Shown here one piece after another: positions 1-9,021 of a stretch of 64,000 nt of DNA. The notes under the pieces are model-generated. The model made no database searches. It was not told the origin of the DNA and saw nothing but the letters and a program-made list of their open reading frames with translations. Every line of letters starts with the position of its first letter. Position 1 is the first letter of the stretch. The stretch covers positions 1 through 64,000 of the IMG/VR virus record IMGVR_UViG_3300027742_000009; one strand, 5' to 3'. Both the position numbers and the translations under genes were made by a program. The DNA comes from a virus.

Positions 1-39
1 TATTGGGAATGCTTGGATTGTCACAATCAATGGCGGTGA
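1..39 (+). CDS. 3' end of an ORF entering from upstream (partial)
   Basis: Reads YWECLDCHNQWR then TGA at 37-39; contains a CxxC pair. Too short to classify. Confidence 0.2.
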   Translation, partial: YWECLDCHNQWR

Positions 40-44
40 TTTAG

Positions 45-203
45 ATGAGATGTCCAGAATGTGATAGCACTAGAATAGTTAAAAGAGTAGGTGGATGTCA
101 TGGTTGTCCATGTGAAAAAAACCAATATGTTTGTTTAGACTGTGGTTTCTATGCGGCTTTAAGATGTTTTCAAGGAGATTTGGGTGAAGATAATGGACGA
201 TAA
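45..203 (+). CDS. small zinc-ribbon protein (52 aa, below ORF-track cutoff)
   Basis: Hand translation from ATG 45 to TAA 201-203: MRCPECDSTRIVKRVGGCHGCPCEKNQYVCLDCGF...; several CxxC pairs. Confidence 0.4.
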   Translation: MRCPECDSTRIVKRVGGCHGCPCEKNQYVCLDCGFYAALRCFQGDLGEDNGR

Positions 204-843
204 TGTTTTTTATTTTATTTCAAAAGAAGTAGTGTTTTCTGAATCGGTTGAGAAAGGAGCTAGGATAGAAGCTACTGTTATGGAACTTGAAAAGGCTAGT
301 GAAAACAGAAATGTTTATCGGATTGAAGAAGGAGAAGCAATAGCAAAAAGTCTTATTGGAAAAAACGTTTATTATGGAACAGACGTGTTTGGAAAACATG
401 ATAATCCAATTGCTAAGAAAGGAGAAAGCAAGAAAGAACCAGTTGGAATAGTTGAATCAGCAAGAGTAATTGGAAAAAAGATTAAGGCTATTATTCGAAT
501 AATTAATCAGGGAATGATTGAAGCGTTAAAGCAAGGAGTTAAATATTTGTTTAGTGTAGGTGGAAACGCTATAAGCGAAACAATAAAGAAAATTAAAGGT
601 AGAATAGTTCATATTTTACATGGAGCAAAATGTAATCACTTACAAATTGTAGAAATGGGAACTCCAGTTGGTTTTAAAAACGCTAAAATGGAAAAACTAA
701 TAGAAGTTAATGAAACCGTAATGGTTTGTGAAGGCGGATTATGTCATTTACCAGAAAAGAAAAAAACAAAGAAACGAATAGTAATTGTTGTTGAAGAAAC
801 AATAGAAATAACTGGTGCAGATGATTTTGAAATCGAAGAATAG
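184..843 (+). CDS. prohead (capsid maturation) serine protease-like, HK97 gp4 type
   Basis: Pattern GKHDNP...PVGIVESARVIGKKIKAIIRI..MIEALKQGVKYLFSVGGNA resembles the His...Ser core of caudoviral prohead proteases; acidic C-terminus. Likely true start is ATG 193. Confidence 0.5.
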   Translation: MKIMDDNVFYFISKEVVFSESVEKGARIEATVMELEKASENRNVYRIEEGEAIAKSLIGKNVYYGTDVFGKHDNPIAKKGESKKEPVGIVESARVIGKKIKAIIRIINQGMIEALKQGVKYLFSVGGNAISETIKKIKGRIVHILHGAKCNHLQIVEMGTPVGFKNAKMEKLIEVNETVMVCEGGLCHLPEKKKTKKRIVIVVEETIEITGADDFEIEE

Positions 844-1051
844 AAAAATCTGGCGTGGCATTAGAATTCCAGTTAGAATAGACGAAATGATTATTGACAT
901 TCAAAGATTATTAAGTACAGATTATACTGGAGCATTAATATCAATTTTGGTTGACTGGGAAAAATTCCGTTATTTACCAGAAAAAAAACGTCTTTTAGAA
1001 TTGGCTAAGTTGCGTTATCAACTTATTAAGCAAGAAAGTAAACGTCCTTAA
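815..1051 (+). CDS. hypothetical small protein (possible ribbon-helix-helix)
   Basis: ORF track. GIRIPVRIDEMIIDIQ looks like an RHH beta-strand plus helix; start codon uncertain. Confidence 0.3.
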   Translation: MQMILKSKNRKIWRGIRIPVRIDEMIIDIQRLLSTDYTGALISILVDWEKFRYLPEKKRLLELAKLRYQLIKQESKRP

Positions 1052-1116
1052 TTATCATAATCCTTTTAAATATCTTTCCCCATAGTTTTCTTAATATTAG
1101 AAGGTGACATGAAAGA

Positions 1117-1548
1117 ATGTCGAATGTAGGTGGTCCGTTTAAGTGTAAACGGATGAGAATAACCGTAATAGATATAGGTGGAGCTACACATGTTCTTGGT
1201 GTAGTTGAAGGCATGGATATTAGAATGCTGAAGGAAGGCGGAGTAGTACCTCATTATGATAGTGAAACTGGAAAACATGCAGTAGGTTATAGACATGGAA
1301 CTTTTCGTATTAGACGTTGGTTCAAAACTGACGCTGGTAAAGGAGCATTACTGTTTGATATGTTTAATGGTGAAACAGTCTTTGATTTGCAAGGAGAAAT
1401 AACTGATAAAGCTGGAAGCACATTAATATTGAGTGCATGTTTAATTTATGAGTATGGACCAATAACGGGTGGAGCAAACGATATTGTTTCTGAAGAAGCT
1501 CGTGGAGAAGCAGTTGACTGGAGAACTGGAACAGTAACAGACCCATAG
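1117..1548 (+). CDS. hypothetical protein, possible tail component
   Basis: 143-aa ORF preceded by AAGGTGA; sits in the tail-gene neighbourhood. No diagnostic motif. Confidence 0.35.
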   Translation: MSNVGGPFKCKRMRITVIDIGGATHVLGVVEGMDIRMLKEGGVVPHYDSETGKHAVGYRHGTFRIRRWFKTDAGKGALLFDMFNGETVFDLQGEITDKAGSTLILSACLIYEYGPITGGANDIVSEEARGEAVDWRTGTVTDP

Positions 1549-1549
1549 A

Positions 1550-1867
1550 CTATTTTCTGAATAAAAATATATCTAGTCCGTCAATTAAATAATCTAAATT
1601 TTTCCATATTTTAGATTGAGTGTAACCTCTCAAAAATGCGGATGTGTGATGGATTAACTCGTGTAAAATTAAATAGAATGATATTCTTTCGATAAATATT
1701 ACTCCAACAAAATAATGAGCCTCGTTCATTTCAGTTTTAATTCTTTCAATCCATTCTTTAGTTTTTTGACTGTCAAGACTGTTCCATTCAGAAACCTTTT
1801 TAATATATTCTATAAAGTTTCTCCTAGACGTAGTAACTATTGGCACTAACCAAACTATAGGATACAT
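1550..1867 (-). CDS. small HExxH-motif protein (putative Zn metallopeptidase-like)
   Basis: Contains LHELIHH; 105 aa; directly downstream of 1868-2236 on the minus strand. Confidence 0.35.
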   Translation of the reverse strand: MYPIVWLVPIVTTSRRNFIEYIKKVSEWNSLDSQKTKEWIERIKTEMNEAHYFVGVIFIERISFYLILHELIHHTSAFLRGYTQSKIWKNLDYLIDGLDIFLFRK

Positions 1868-2236
1868 TTAACGTTTTTTCCTTATAATTTTGAAATAGAA
1901 TTTTGGATATAACCTTGAAAGTTTATTTAGAACTTCTGGCAAATCTACTTCTTCAATTTCAGTCATTGGATTAAGTTTTGATAAAACATAAGCAAAAGCT
2001 TTAAATCTTCTATAACGTTCCAATTCTCTATCGTTTATTTCTTCTTCCTCATCTTTTAACACTTCGGGATAATTATCTACAATCCAAATAAGATTAGCCA
2101 TGTTCCTATCTACTTGCTTCTGAATTCTAATCCAAGTAGCACTAAATTTTTTGGGGTTGTCTTGCTTTGTAATTTCTCCATTTAAAAGTTTCCGTAGATA
2201 TTCAAGTTGTTTGTCTGTAATTAACTTAATCACCAT
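1868..2236 (-). CDS. hypothetical protein
   Basis: 122-aa ORF, contiguous with 1550-1867. An AT-rich region with TATA-like boxes lies upstream. Confidence 0.4.
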   Translation of the reverse strand: MVIKLITDKQLEYLRKLLNGEITKQDNPKKFSATWIRIQKQVDRNMANLIWIVDNYPEVLKDEEEEINDRELERYRRFKAFAYVLSKLNPMTEIEEVDLPEVLNKLSRLYPKFYFKIIRKKR

Positions 2237-2362
2237 TATAATAATGGATATAGTAATATTTAAATATTCCTATAAATTATGAGATATTTCATGTTTTTTC
2301 TCGTTTTTATTTTCCATAATACATATAAACTTCATTTTACTTATTTTGTTTAGGTTTGATAA

Positions 2363-2812
2363 ATGGCTAGTAGAGAATTAGTTAAAAAATATGCTGGTAA
2401 ACCAGAAGAACTAGAAAAAGAACAAGATGTTCTGGAACAAGAAGTAGCGGTAACTTCTAAAGAACTTGAACAGAAAATTAGTGATTTCTCTAGGAAAGTT
2501 GACCCATTAATATTTAATGGAGAAACACTTGCTTATGTGCGAAGACCAACTGCAAAACAATATGAACGTATAATTCCGCCAGAACTTGCAAAGTTTAGGA
2601 AACACCCCGAAAAAATATCATATGAAATGGAACAAAAATATGTAAATGGCATGTATGGATTGATGGAAGAGCTTATAGTTAACCCTAAACACATTGCTGA
2701 ATGGTGGAAAGAAAATACTGGTGACGAATTTATGGCGGCATTTCAAGCACATATCTTTAATGTAAGGACAAAATTACAAAAAGACATTGAAAATTTTTTA
2801 GAACCAACTTAG
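2363..2812 (+). CDS. tail assembly chaperone-like protein (gpG analogue candidate)
   Basis: 149 aa, acidic and helical, upstream of the tape measure. Ends 10 nt after a T TTT TTA heptamer that opens the -1 frame. Confidence 0.4.
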   Translation: MASRELVKKYAGKPEELEKEQDVLEQEVAVTSKELEQKISDFSRKVDPLIFNGETLAYVRRPTAKQYERIIPPELAKFRKHPEKISYEMEQKYVNGMYGLMEELIVNPKHIAEWWKENTGDEFMAAFQAHIFNVRTKLQKDIENFLEPT

Positions 2813-2961
2813 GCTTTGTTAAAGGTGTAGTATGTGAGTTGCTTGGTTGTTCACCAAGCGAACTTGTAAAAAGATGTCCAGAACTTCCAGACTATGATTT
2901 CCTAGCAATATATTTAGCAGAAAAATCTAATCGGGAACAACAAGCCATAAGTAGGAGATAA
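2794..2961 (+). other. candidate -1 programmed frameshift site (T TTT TTA, 2794-2800) plus 54-codon -1-frame extension
   Basis: The heptamer is in the correct zero-frame phase. The -1 frame is open from 2791 to TAA 2959-2961 and fills an otherwise empty 150-nt gap, ending 2 nt before the next ATG. Confidence 0.35.
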
Positions 2962-2963
2962 AA

Positions 2964-3470
2964 ATGAGTATAGCTGGTGGATTTATGCGATTCACAGAGA
3001 ATGATTCTGGAAGTAAATATAGAGCTAAAAAGGCTACTGATGACCTTGCTCCAGAAATAACTAAACAGTTAAAATGGCGACTTAAAGCATGGTGGTGGAA
3101 TGTTTTACAAGAAGCTAAAGGATTGTGTATGGCTTGGGCTTTTGATACTGGAACGCTTTGGCGTTCAATTAGAATAGAAAAGAAAACATCTTCATTAGCA
3201 ATGGGGGCTCCAACGTGGATGGTTATTCTTTCACCAAAAAACAAATTAATTGATTCCATGATTGTGGCTGGTGGTGCAGAATATGTTAATCCTAAAACTC
3301 ATAATGGTTGTAATTATGCTGAATCAGTTCATGATGGAACTGGTAGAAACTTGAGTAAAGGAGAAAGACCTTTTCTTAGAGTTGCGATTGAGTTACATAT
3401 GAATGAATTGGACCATATAATTCAAGAAGGACTTACCAAAGCAATTAATACTGTATGGGTAGGTAGTTAA
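2964..3470 (+). CDS. HK97 gp10-like head-tail connector / neck protein
   Basis: FDTGTLWRSIRIE and NYAESVHDGTG match the TGxLRxSI ... YAxxVExGT pattern of the HK97 gp10 family. Confidence 0.55.
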   Translation: MSIAGGFMRFTENDSGSKYRAKKATDDLAPEITKQLKWRLKAWWWNVLQEAKGLCMAWAFDTGTLWRSIRIEKKTSSLAMGAPTWMVILSPKNKLIDSMIVAGGAEYVNPKTHNGCNYAESVHDGTGRNLSKGERPFLRVAIELHMNELDHIIQEGLTKAINTVWVGS

Positions 3471-3472
3471 AA

Positions 3473-4501
3473 ATGGGCATGCGTATTATTTATTTGGCTA
3501 TTCGTGCGGCAAATTATACTGACCAAGCTACTAGACAAGTTGGACGTAACATAACTAAGTTGATGAGGCAACAGCGAGATTTACAGAGACAAATGACACG
3601 GACTTTTGGTGCTGGATTAATGTATGTGGCTGTAGCCACGTTAATAACTATGGGTATTAAAAATATAATTGCAACTACTAGAGAAGGAAGAAGTGCAATG
3701 AGAGGGTTTGATAGAGCACTCCAATCAGTAACAAAAACGTTAGGTAAACAATTTCTTGTGGTTCTTGACCCATTAATTAAGTCAGTAACAGCCTTCTTAA
3801 ATGTTATAAGTAGAAATGAACCGCTTCTACGATTTATAGCTGTTTTAGCATCTGGAATTACAGCAATAATAATGATGAGAGGGGTTACATTTCTTTTATC
3901 TACTGCATATAACATGTTACAATTATCATTGTTGAGTACAACATCTGTTATGGATGCTTTTGTACTTCATGGTGGATATGCCACTACAATGATGTTTACT
4001 TGGGCTGGAGCAATTCAAGTAGTTCAAGCTTCAATGGCTCCAATGATTATGAGCTTCTTCATTTTCTTACAAATAGCTGAAAGACTTGGTCCATTAGCAA
4101 AACCAATACTTGGAGTTGCGGCGGCACTTATGATATTAGCAGGTGCCTACATAGCTGTAAGGGCGGCTCTTGGAGATTTAACTGCGGTAGCAAATTTGGG
4201 TGTAATGATTGCGGCGGCTGGAGCTGGTATGGGATTGGCGGCGGCAGTATATACAGAAGCTCCATCTTACCAGTATGGAACTCGAATGGTTCAACGGACT
4301 GGACCCGCTATTGTTCATGCTGGAGACGTAATATCCAGACCAGACAGAGGAGATACGACTCCACAACAAGAACGTGGATTTCCAAAACATTACTATAATG
4401 TTACATTAAGTTTTGGAGATGTTAAGACTAAAGCGGATAAGGAAGAGTTGAGACCGTTAATACTGAAAACTTTGAAGGATGCACTTAATAATAAGGTGTG
4501 A
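3473..4501 (+). CDS. tape measure protein (short, 342 aa)
   Basis: Helical N-terminus, multiple hydrophobic Ala/Gly/Met-rich segments, and position immediately upstream of baseplate-like genes. Confidence 0.6.
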   Translation: MGMRIIYLAIRAANYTDQATRQVGRNITKLMRQQRDLQRQMTRTFGAGLMYVAVATLITMGIKNIIATTREGRSAMRGFDRALQSVTKTLGKQFLVVLDPLIKSVTAFLNVISRNEPLLRFIAVLASGITAIIMMRGVTFLLSTAYNMLQLSLLSTTSVMDAFVLHGGYATTMMFTWAGAIQVVQASMAPMIMSFFIFLQIAERLGPLAKPILGVAAALMILAGAYIAVRAALGDLTAVANLGVMIAAAGAGMGLAAAVYTEAPSYQYGTRMVQRTGPAIVHAGDVISRPDRGDTTPQQERGFPKHYYNVTLSFGDVKTKADKEELRPLILKTLKDALNNKV

Positions 4502-6543
4502 TAAAGATGACTGTTGTTTTTACTGAAGATTTTGAAAGTTGGAATAGTAATAGCTGGACAGTTACCGCTACTGGTTCTGCGACTTTTAATGCTGATGTTG
4601 CATCTAAAAAGAACGGTGATTATGGGGGAAACATGTACCAAGCGGCTGGTGGTTGTGGTATAGTTTGGTGTAGAAAATATATTGGAACTTACAATCCATT
4701 GCATTATCGAACATGGTTTAAAATTGAGTCAGGAGATATATATACTGATGATACTATAGGATTGATACGAATAGTAGATTCTGATGGAAATGGACTTTTC
4801 GGTTTATACCTTACTAAAAATGCGGATGGAAAGTATCGTTTATATGTTAACGATTATGTTGGTGTTAGTCAAGAATTAGCTACACATGACCTTAGCATTG
4901 GAACTTGGTATTTAGTTGAGATAGCCTTTAAAAAAGCCGTTTCTGGATTTTATAGTGTTTGGTTAAACCATTATAATGACTACTACAATCCAACGGATAC
5001 TTCAGCCAGAAATAATCCACATGGTCTTTTATTCGGAGATAGTTACGGGTCTGAATCTTCATTAGCAATAAGGATTTATTATGACGATATGTTGGCGGGG
5101 GATGACCCTATTGGGGATGGTGGTGATGGTATGGGTGGTGCTATTGGTGAAACATTTACGTTTGAGATTGGGGGAGTTGGTGCAGGCGATTGTGTTATAT
5201 CAGCTCATTACATTAAGAGTCATCCGAATTCAGACCCAGACACTTTTGAATTAAGACTTGTTCCAGAATGTGGAGAAACAGTAAATTTTTTTGATACAGT
5301 AACAATTAAAAAGAATGGAGTTACAGAGTTTGTTGGTTTTGTAGAGGAGATTACTCCAGAAGTTGGAGAGGATGGACTTGAATATTTAATATCTGGGCGA
5401 TGCTGGAAACTTATGGTTTGGAAAAAATGGAATGAACGTTACCAAGAAAGCCGTGAAGTTGGACCAGAAGATACTGAAGGTAATATTGAAAGTGGATTTT
5501 TTGGTGCTGTTAAACCAGAAGAACTGGTTAAGTTTATTATGCGATGTCCAATAAGTGAACATCCTAAAGATTATATTAGGCATAAGATTGGTTGGGGAAT
5601 AGCAAGTGATTATTGGGATTGTTGTGCAAATGTTACTGCGGATTGTTATTATCCAGAATGGGTAGCATTACGCTATATTGGTTTAGCATGGCGTGGAAGA
5701 AGTGGTGTTGAAACTTTTTATAATGATATTTTACCAGTTAATAATTTTGATAGTACTTTTACTGACTGGGATGAATATGGAGTTTCACCATATCTAAATG
5801 TTGATAGTACTGCAGGAAGAATACATGGTTTCTATCATGGATGGACTGAAGGAGATTTTGATTTTCAGGATTTATCTGCTGGACGAGAAATAATTTATGA
5901 TGTTTATTTATATGTTAAATCGTGTGGCTATGCGAAAACTTTAGTAAAGCTCTATGATGGAATTAGTTGGTATAATATTGGTGATTTACAAATAACTTTT
6001 GCTGGGGGTTATGAATATAAAAGGTTCAATGTTACATCATGTTTAAATACTGTAACTAAAGTTAATAATGCTAAGATGAGGTTTGAGATTACAGGTGGAG
6101 TTGAGCATGACCCAAGAAAAATTATTTATGCTTATTTGTCTATAAGGTCTAGTGCAGAAACATCTGAACCATACCAGATGACTGATGATTGGTTCATAGT
6201 AGATATGGGTAAACCATTTGATAATGTTACTGCCATGCTGATTGAATGTCGCAACAATCCAATAACATATGCTAGAAACTATAAAATTCAATATGCAAAC
6301 CTAAGTAACTGTTGTAATACTAATAATCCGCCTTTGGAGAGTGAATGGAATGATTTTACTCCAGCAGTTAACGTTACCAATAATCAAGCAAGGGATATAT
6401 TGCATAGTTGGGAACCAAAAGACGATGTTCGTTGTATCCGAATTAAACTTACTATGAGTGACTGTAATGCTTGGGAAATAAGCCAAATTTATATTTGGGA
6501 AGCAGATGAACATAAATATAGGTTAATGGATGAAGGTGATTAA
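4498..6543 (+). CDS. tail/baseplate protein with LamG-like N-terminal and discoidin (F5/8 type C)-like C-terminal domains
   Basis: N-terminus VFTEDFESWNSNSWTV..; Gly-rich linker GDGGDGMGG; C-terminus WFIVDMGKPFDNVTAMLIE...IRIKLT...WEISQIYIWE. Overlaps the tape measure stop. Confidence 0.5.
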   Translation: MIKMTVVFTEDFESWNSNSWTVTATGSATFNADVASKKNGDYGGNMYQAAGGCGIVWCRKYIGTYNPLHYRTWFKIESGDIYTDDTIGLIRIVDSDGNGLFGLYLTKNADGKYRLYVNDYVGVSQELATHDLSIGTWYLVEIAFKKAVSGFYSVWLNHYNDYYNPTDTSARNNPHGLLFGDSYGSESSLAIRIYYDDMLAGDDPIGDGGDGMGGAIGETFTFEIGGVGAGDCVISAHYIKSHPNSDPDTFELRLVPECGETVNFFDTVTIKKNGVTEFVGFVEEITPEVGEDGLEYLISGRCWKLMVWKKWNERYQESREVGPEDTEGNIESGFFGAVKPEELVKFIMRCPISEHPKDYIRHKIGWGIASDYWDCCANVTADCYYPEWVALRYIGLAWRGRSGVETFYNDILPVNNFDSTFTDWDEYGVSPYLNVDSTAGRIHGFYHGWTEGDFDFQDLSAGREIIYDVYLYVKSCGYAKTLVKLYDGISWYNIGDLQITFAGGYEYKRFNVTSCLNTVTKVNNAKMRFEITGGVEHDPRKIIYAYLSIRSSAETSEPYQMTDDWFIVDMGKPFDNVTAMLIECRNNPITYARNYKIQYANLSNCCNTNNPPLESEWNDFTPAVNVTNNQARDILHSWEPKDDVRCIRIKLTMSDCNAWEISQIYIWEADEHKYRLMDEGD

Positions 6544-8557
6544 AATGTCTCATAATTGGGTTACACCAAGTTCGGTTCATAGTTTCTGCGGAGAATCTTT
6601 TGGTCATCTTGCAAGTCATGCAATAGACGATAATACTGCTACTTATTGGAGACATGGTACTGTAGATTTCCATTGGGTTATTTTTGATATGGGCGAAACT
6701 AAGGCGATAACTAAAATTCGTTTATATCAGAATGGAGAGCTTAGTCAACAGAGATGGGGCTGGAGTTTTGGGATGTATGTTTATGTTGGGGACGACCCTG
6801 CAAGTTTTGGTGTGGCTGTCTGGGAAGGAATTTTAAATAGTTCTGGTTGGCAAGAATCTGGAGAATTTAGTAAAAGTGGTCGTTATGTCAAACTTTTAAG
6901 TAAGTTTAGTGGTGATGACCAACGTATGTTTGAGTTCGATGCTTATTGTCTGGCTGGTGGTGATGGAAATGGAGACTATTCTGGTGGACCTTGGGTAGAT
7001 TTAGGAACGATTAGTTCAATCGGAGATATAATAGGTCCATTGAACATTCCATATAGTAGAGTTTCAGATGGTTTACAAACTATTGCTGAAAAAACACTTG
7101 CGGCGTTTACTCCTTGGGAATGGTGGTTTGATTATAGTGGGAACCTTTATTTTAAACAATCAAGAGGAACTGATAAGTCTGCAACTATCCACTTAGTGGC
7201 TGGAGACCAGATAGGCGGTTCAAGAAAAGAACAGATAAGTAAGCAAACAAGCCAGAGAGTTAGAGTTACTGGTCGTGGTGAAAGTGCAGACCAAGACCGA
7301 AATACGAGTGACTGGCAAGAAGAAACAAGTGAAATGGCATCCAATAAAGTTAATGGTTTTTACGAGAAAGTTGAATCGGAGAAGAGTTTGTCTAGTAAAG
7401 AAGAATCTGATGTTTGGGCTCAAGTTCTTCTTGCCCAGAATAGCCCAGTAAGAAATGAAATTACAATTACTTTAGAAAATGATTGGTACACTTCTGGTGA
7501 TGCCCCGCTTAATCCCAATAACTATGACCTTGGAGACTATGTTACTGTTACTGACCCTGCTACTAAATTAACTGGTAAATATCGGGTTAAGACAATAGAA
7601 AAATGGATTGATGGTGATGGTGGAGAAAAGGTTCAAGTTACTGTGTCTAAACGTAGAACGGATATTATGGACCGTCTTTCAAACTTGTTTAAGGTAATGG
7701 AAAGAATGAAAAACTCAAGTACATACTTGGATACTTTATATGCTGAAGGTGGAAAACAAAGGAAAATAGACGCAAATAAAGTTGAGGATATTTGGAGTCA
7801 ACAGGCAAGTAATGAGTGGGCTACAGAATTACCAGAAGATAAAACTGAAGACGATGATTACCTTCAAGAATGTGACCCTTATGGAAGAATAGATTATAGT
7901 TGTACTAAAGACGAATTTGAAGTTTACGCCACAGCTCATACTGCTGTGGGGTGGGTTTATTTATATGGAACAGCCAATAAAGGAGACCCACTACTCAATT
8001 TTAGTAGAGACCCAAAATTCACTTGTGAATTTGAAATAGACACAACTGGTGCAGATAGAACAGAATGGAATACTGGAACTTTTATTTCATTTGGCATTAG
8101 AAGTATATATAACCCTGTTACTCCAACAGATTGTGGTAATTGGGGACTTAGAGGATTTGGCTTTGTAGTTAAACAAACCGCTTCCAATTTAACGTTAGAA
8201 GCTCGTTTATATATTGATGGAAGTTGCATAAAAGAAGTAAAAATAGCCAATATATCTTATGACGTAAGATATATTGTGGAAGCCCGATTAGAATGGAAAG
8301 AAAAAGTGATAAAATATTATTTTGGTAAATCAGATGTGGATAAAAATGACCTGCAGTTTGGTTTTAGATTAAGAGCTATATTGCCAATACCATTAGAAAC
8401 TCAAGACATATATAATTTTGGTGGAAATGACTACAACAATTATTTATGTCCATTCCATGTTGTTTTATGGGGACAAGATGGGGCTATAAACCCTGAAAAG
8501 CCAGCAATAGTAATTTATCGTTGGAAGACTCAAGCTATTAGGGCGGTTGAGGGATAA
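6530..8557 (+). CDS. tail-associated protein with N-terminal F5/8 type C (discoidin/CBM32-like) domain
   Basis: HAIDDNTATYWRHGTVDFHWVIFDMGETKAITKIRLYQ is a typical discoidin signature. The remainder resembles siphovirus tail-tip proteins. Confidence 0.55.
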   Translation: MKVIKMSHNWVTPSSVHSFCGESFGHLASHAIDDNTATYWRHGTVDFHWVIFDMGETKAITKIRLYQNGELSQQRWGWSFGMYVYVGDDPASFGVAVWEGILNSSGWQESGEFSKSGRYVKLLSKFSGDDQRMFEFDAYCLAGGDGNGDYSGGPWVDLGTISSIGDIIGPLNIPYSRVSDGLQTIAEKTLAAFTPWEWWFDYSGNLYFKQSRGTDKSATIHLVAGDQIGGSRKEQISKQTSQRVRVTGRGESADQDRNTSDWQEETSEMASNKVNGFYEKVESEKSLSSKEESDVWAQVLLAQNSPVRNEITITLENDWYTSGDAPLNPNNYDLGDYVTVTDPATKLTGKYRVKTIEKWIDGDGGEKVQVTVSKRRTDIMDRLSNLFKVMERMKNSSTYLDTLYAEGGKQRKIDANKVEDIWSQQASNEWATELPEDKTEDDDYLQECDPYGRIDYSCTKDEFEVYATAHTAVGWVYLYGTANKGDPLLNFSRDPKFTCEFEIDTTGADRTEWNTGTFISFGIRSIYNPVTPTDCGNWGLRGFGFVVKQTASNLTLEARLYIDGSCIKEVKIANISYDVRYIVEARLEWKEKVIKYYFGKSDVDKNDLQFGFRLRAILPIPLETQDIYNFGGNDYNNYLCPFHVVLWGQDGAINPEKPAIVIYRWKTQAIRAVEG

Positions 8558-8642
8558 TGCTTTTAAAGTTTGGTTTGTATGTTTATGGTGATGTAAATGC
8601 CTAGAAAAGAAATATATTGGATACATAAGGCGGTGAATTAGT

Positions 8643-9017
8643 TTGACCGTGAAGATTGGAACTGTAGAGTTACCTAATGTTCTTAACTGGGAAGAAGAGG
8701 AAGTGTCTAGTGTTCCAATTAAACGTGTTATTCGTAAAACTACTCCTACTGTTCAAGCTCAATATTTTATTAGGGAACCTCGTAAAATTACTATTACTAC
8801 TAGATTGACGAGTCTGGAGAAACAGAGTTTGCGTGATTTAAAGAATGAGTTTAACTGGCAAGAACTGTATGATTATGATGATAGTTTTGTGGATTGTGTG
8901 TGGATTGAAAAGTTGGATGCTAGGTGGGCACGGGCTGAGTTTCATGATACTCCTTGGGTTTATACGGTTTACTTGATTTGTAGTGGTTGTGTTAACGAAC
9001 CCTCTGCTGGATGTTAG
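8643..9017 (+). CDS. hypothetical protein (last gene of the tail block)
   Basis: 124-aa ORF with GGCGGTGA upstream. No motif recognised. Confidence 0.35.
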   Translation: MTVKIGTVELPNVLNWEEEEVSSVPIKRVIRKTTPTVQAQYFIREPRKITITTRLTSLEKQSLRDLKNEFNWQELYDYDDSFVDCVWIEKLDARWARAEFHDTPWVYTVYLICSGCVNEPSAGC

Positions 9018-9021
9018 TTAA

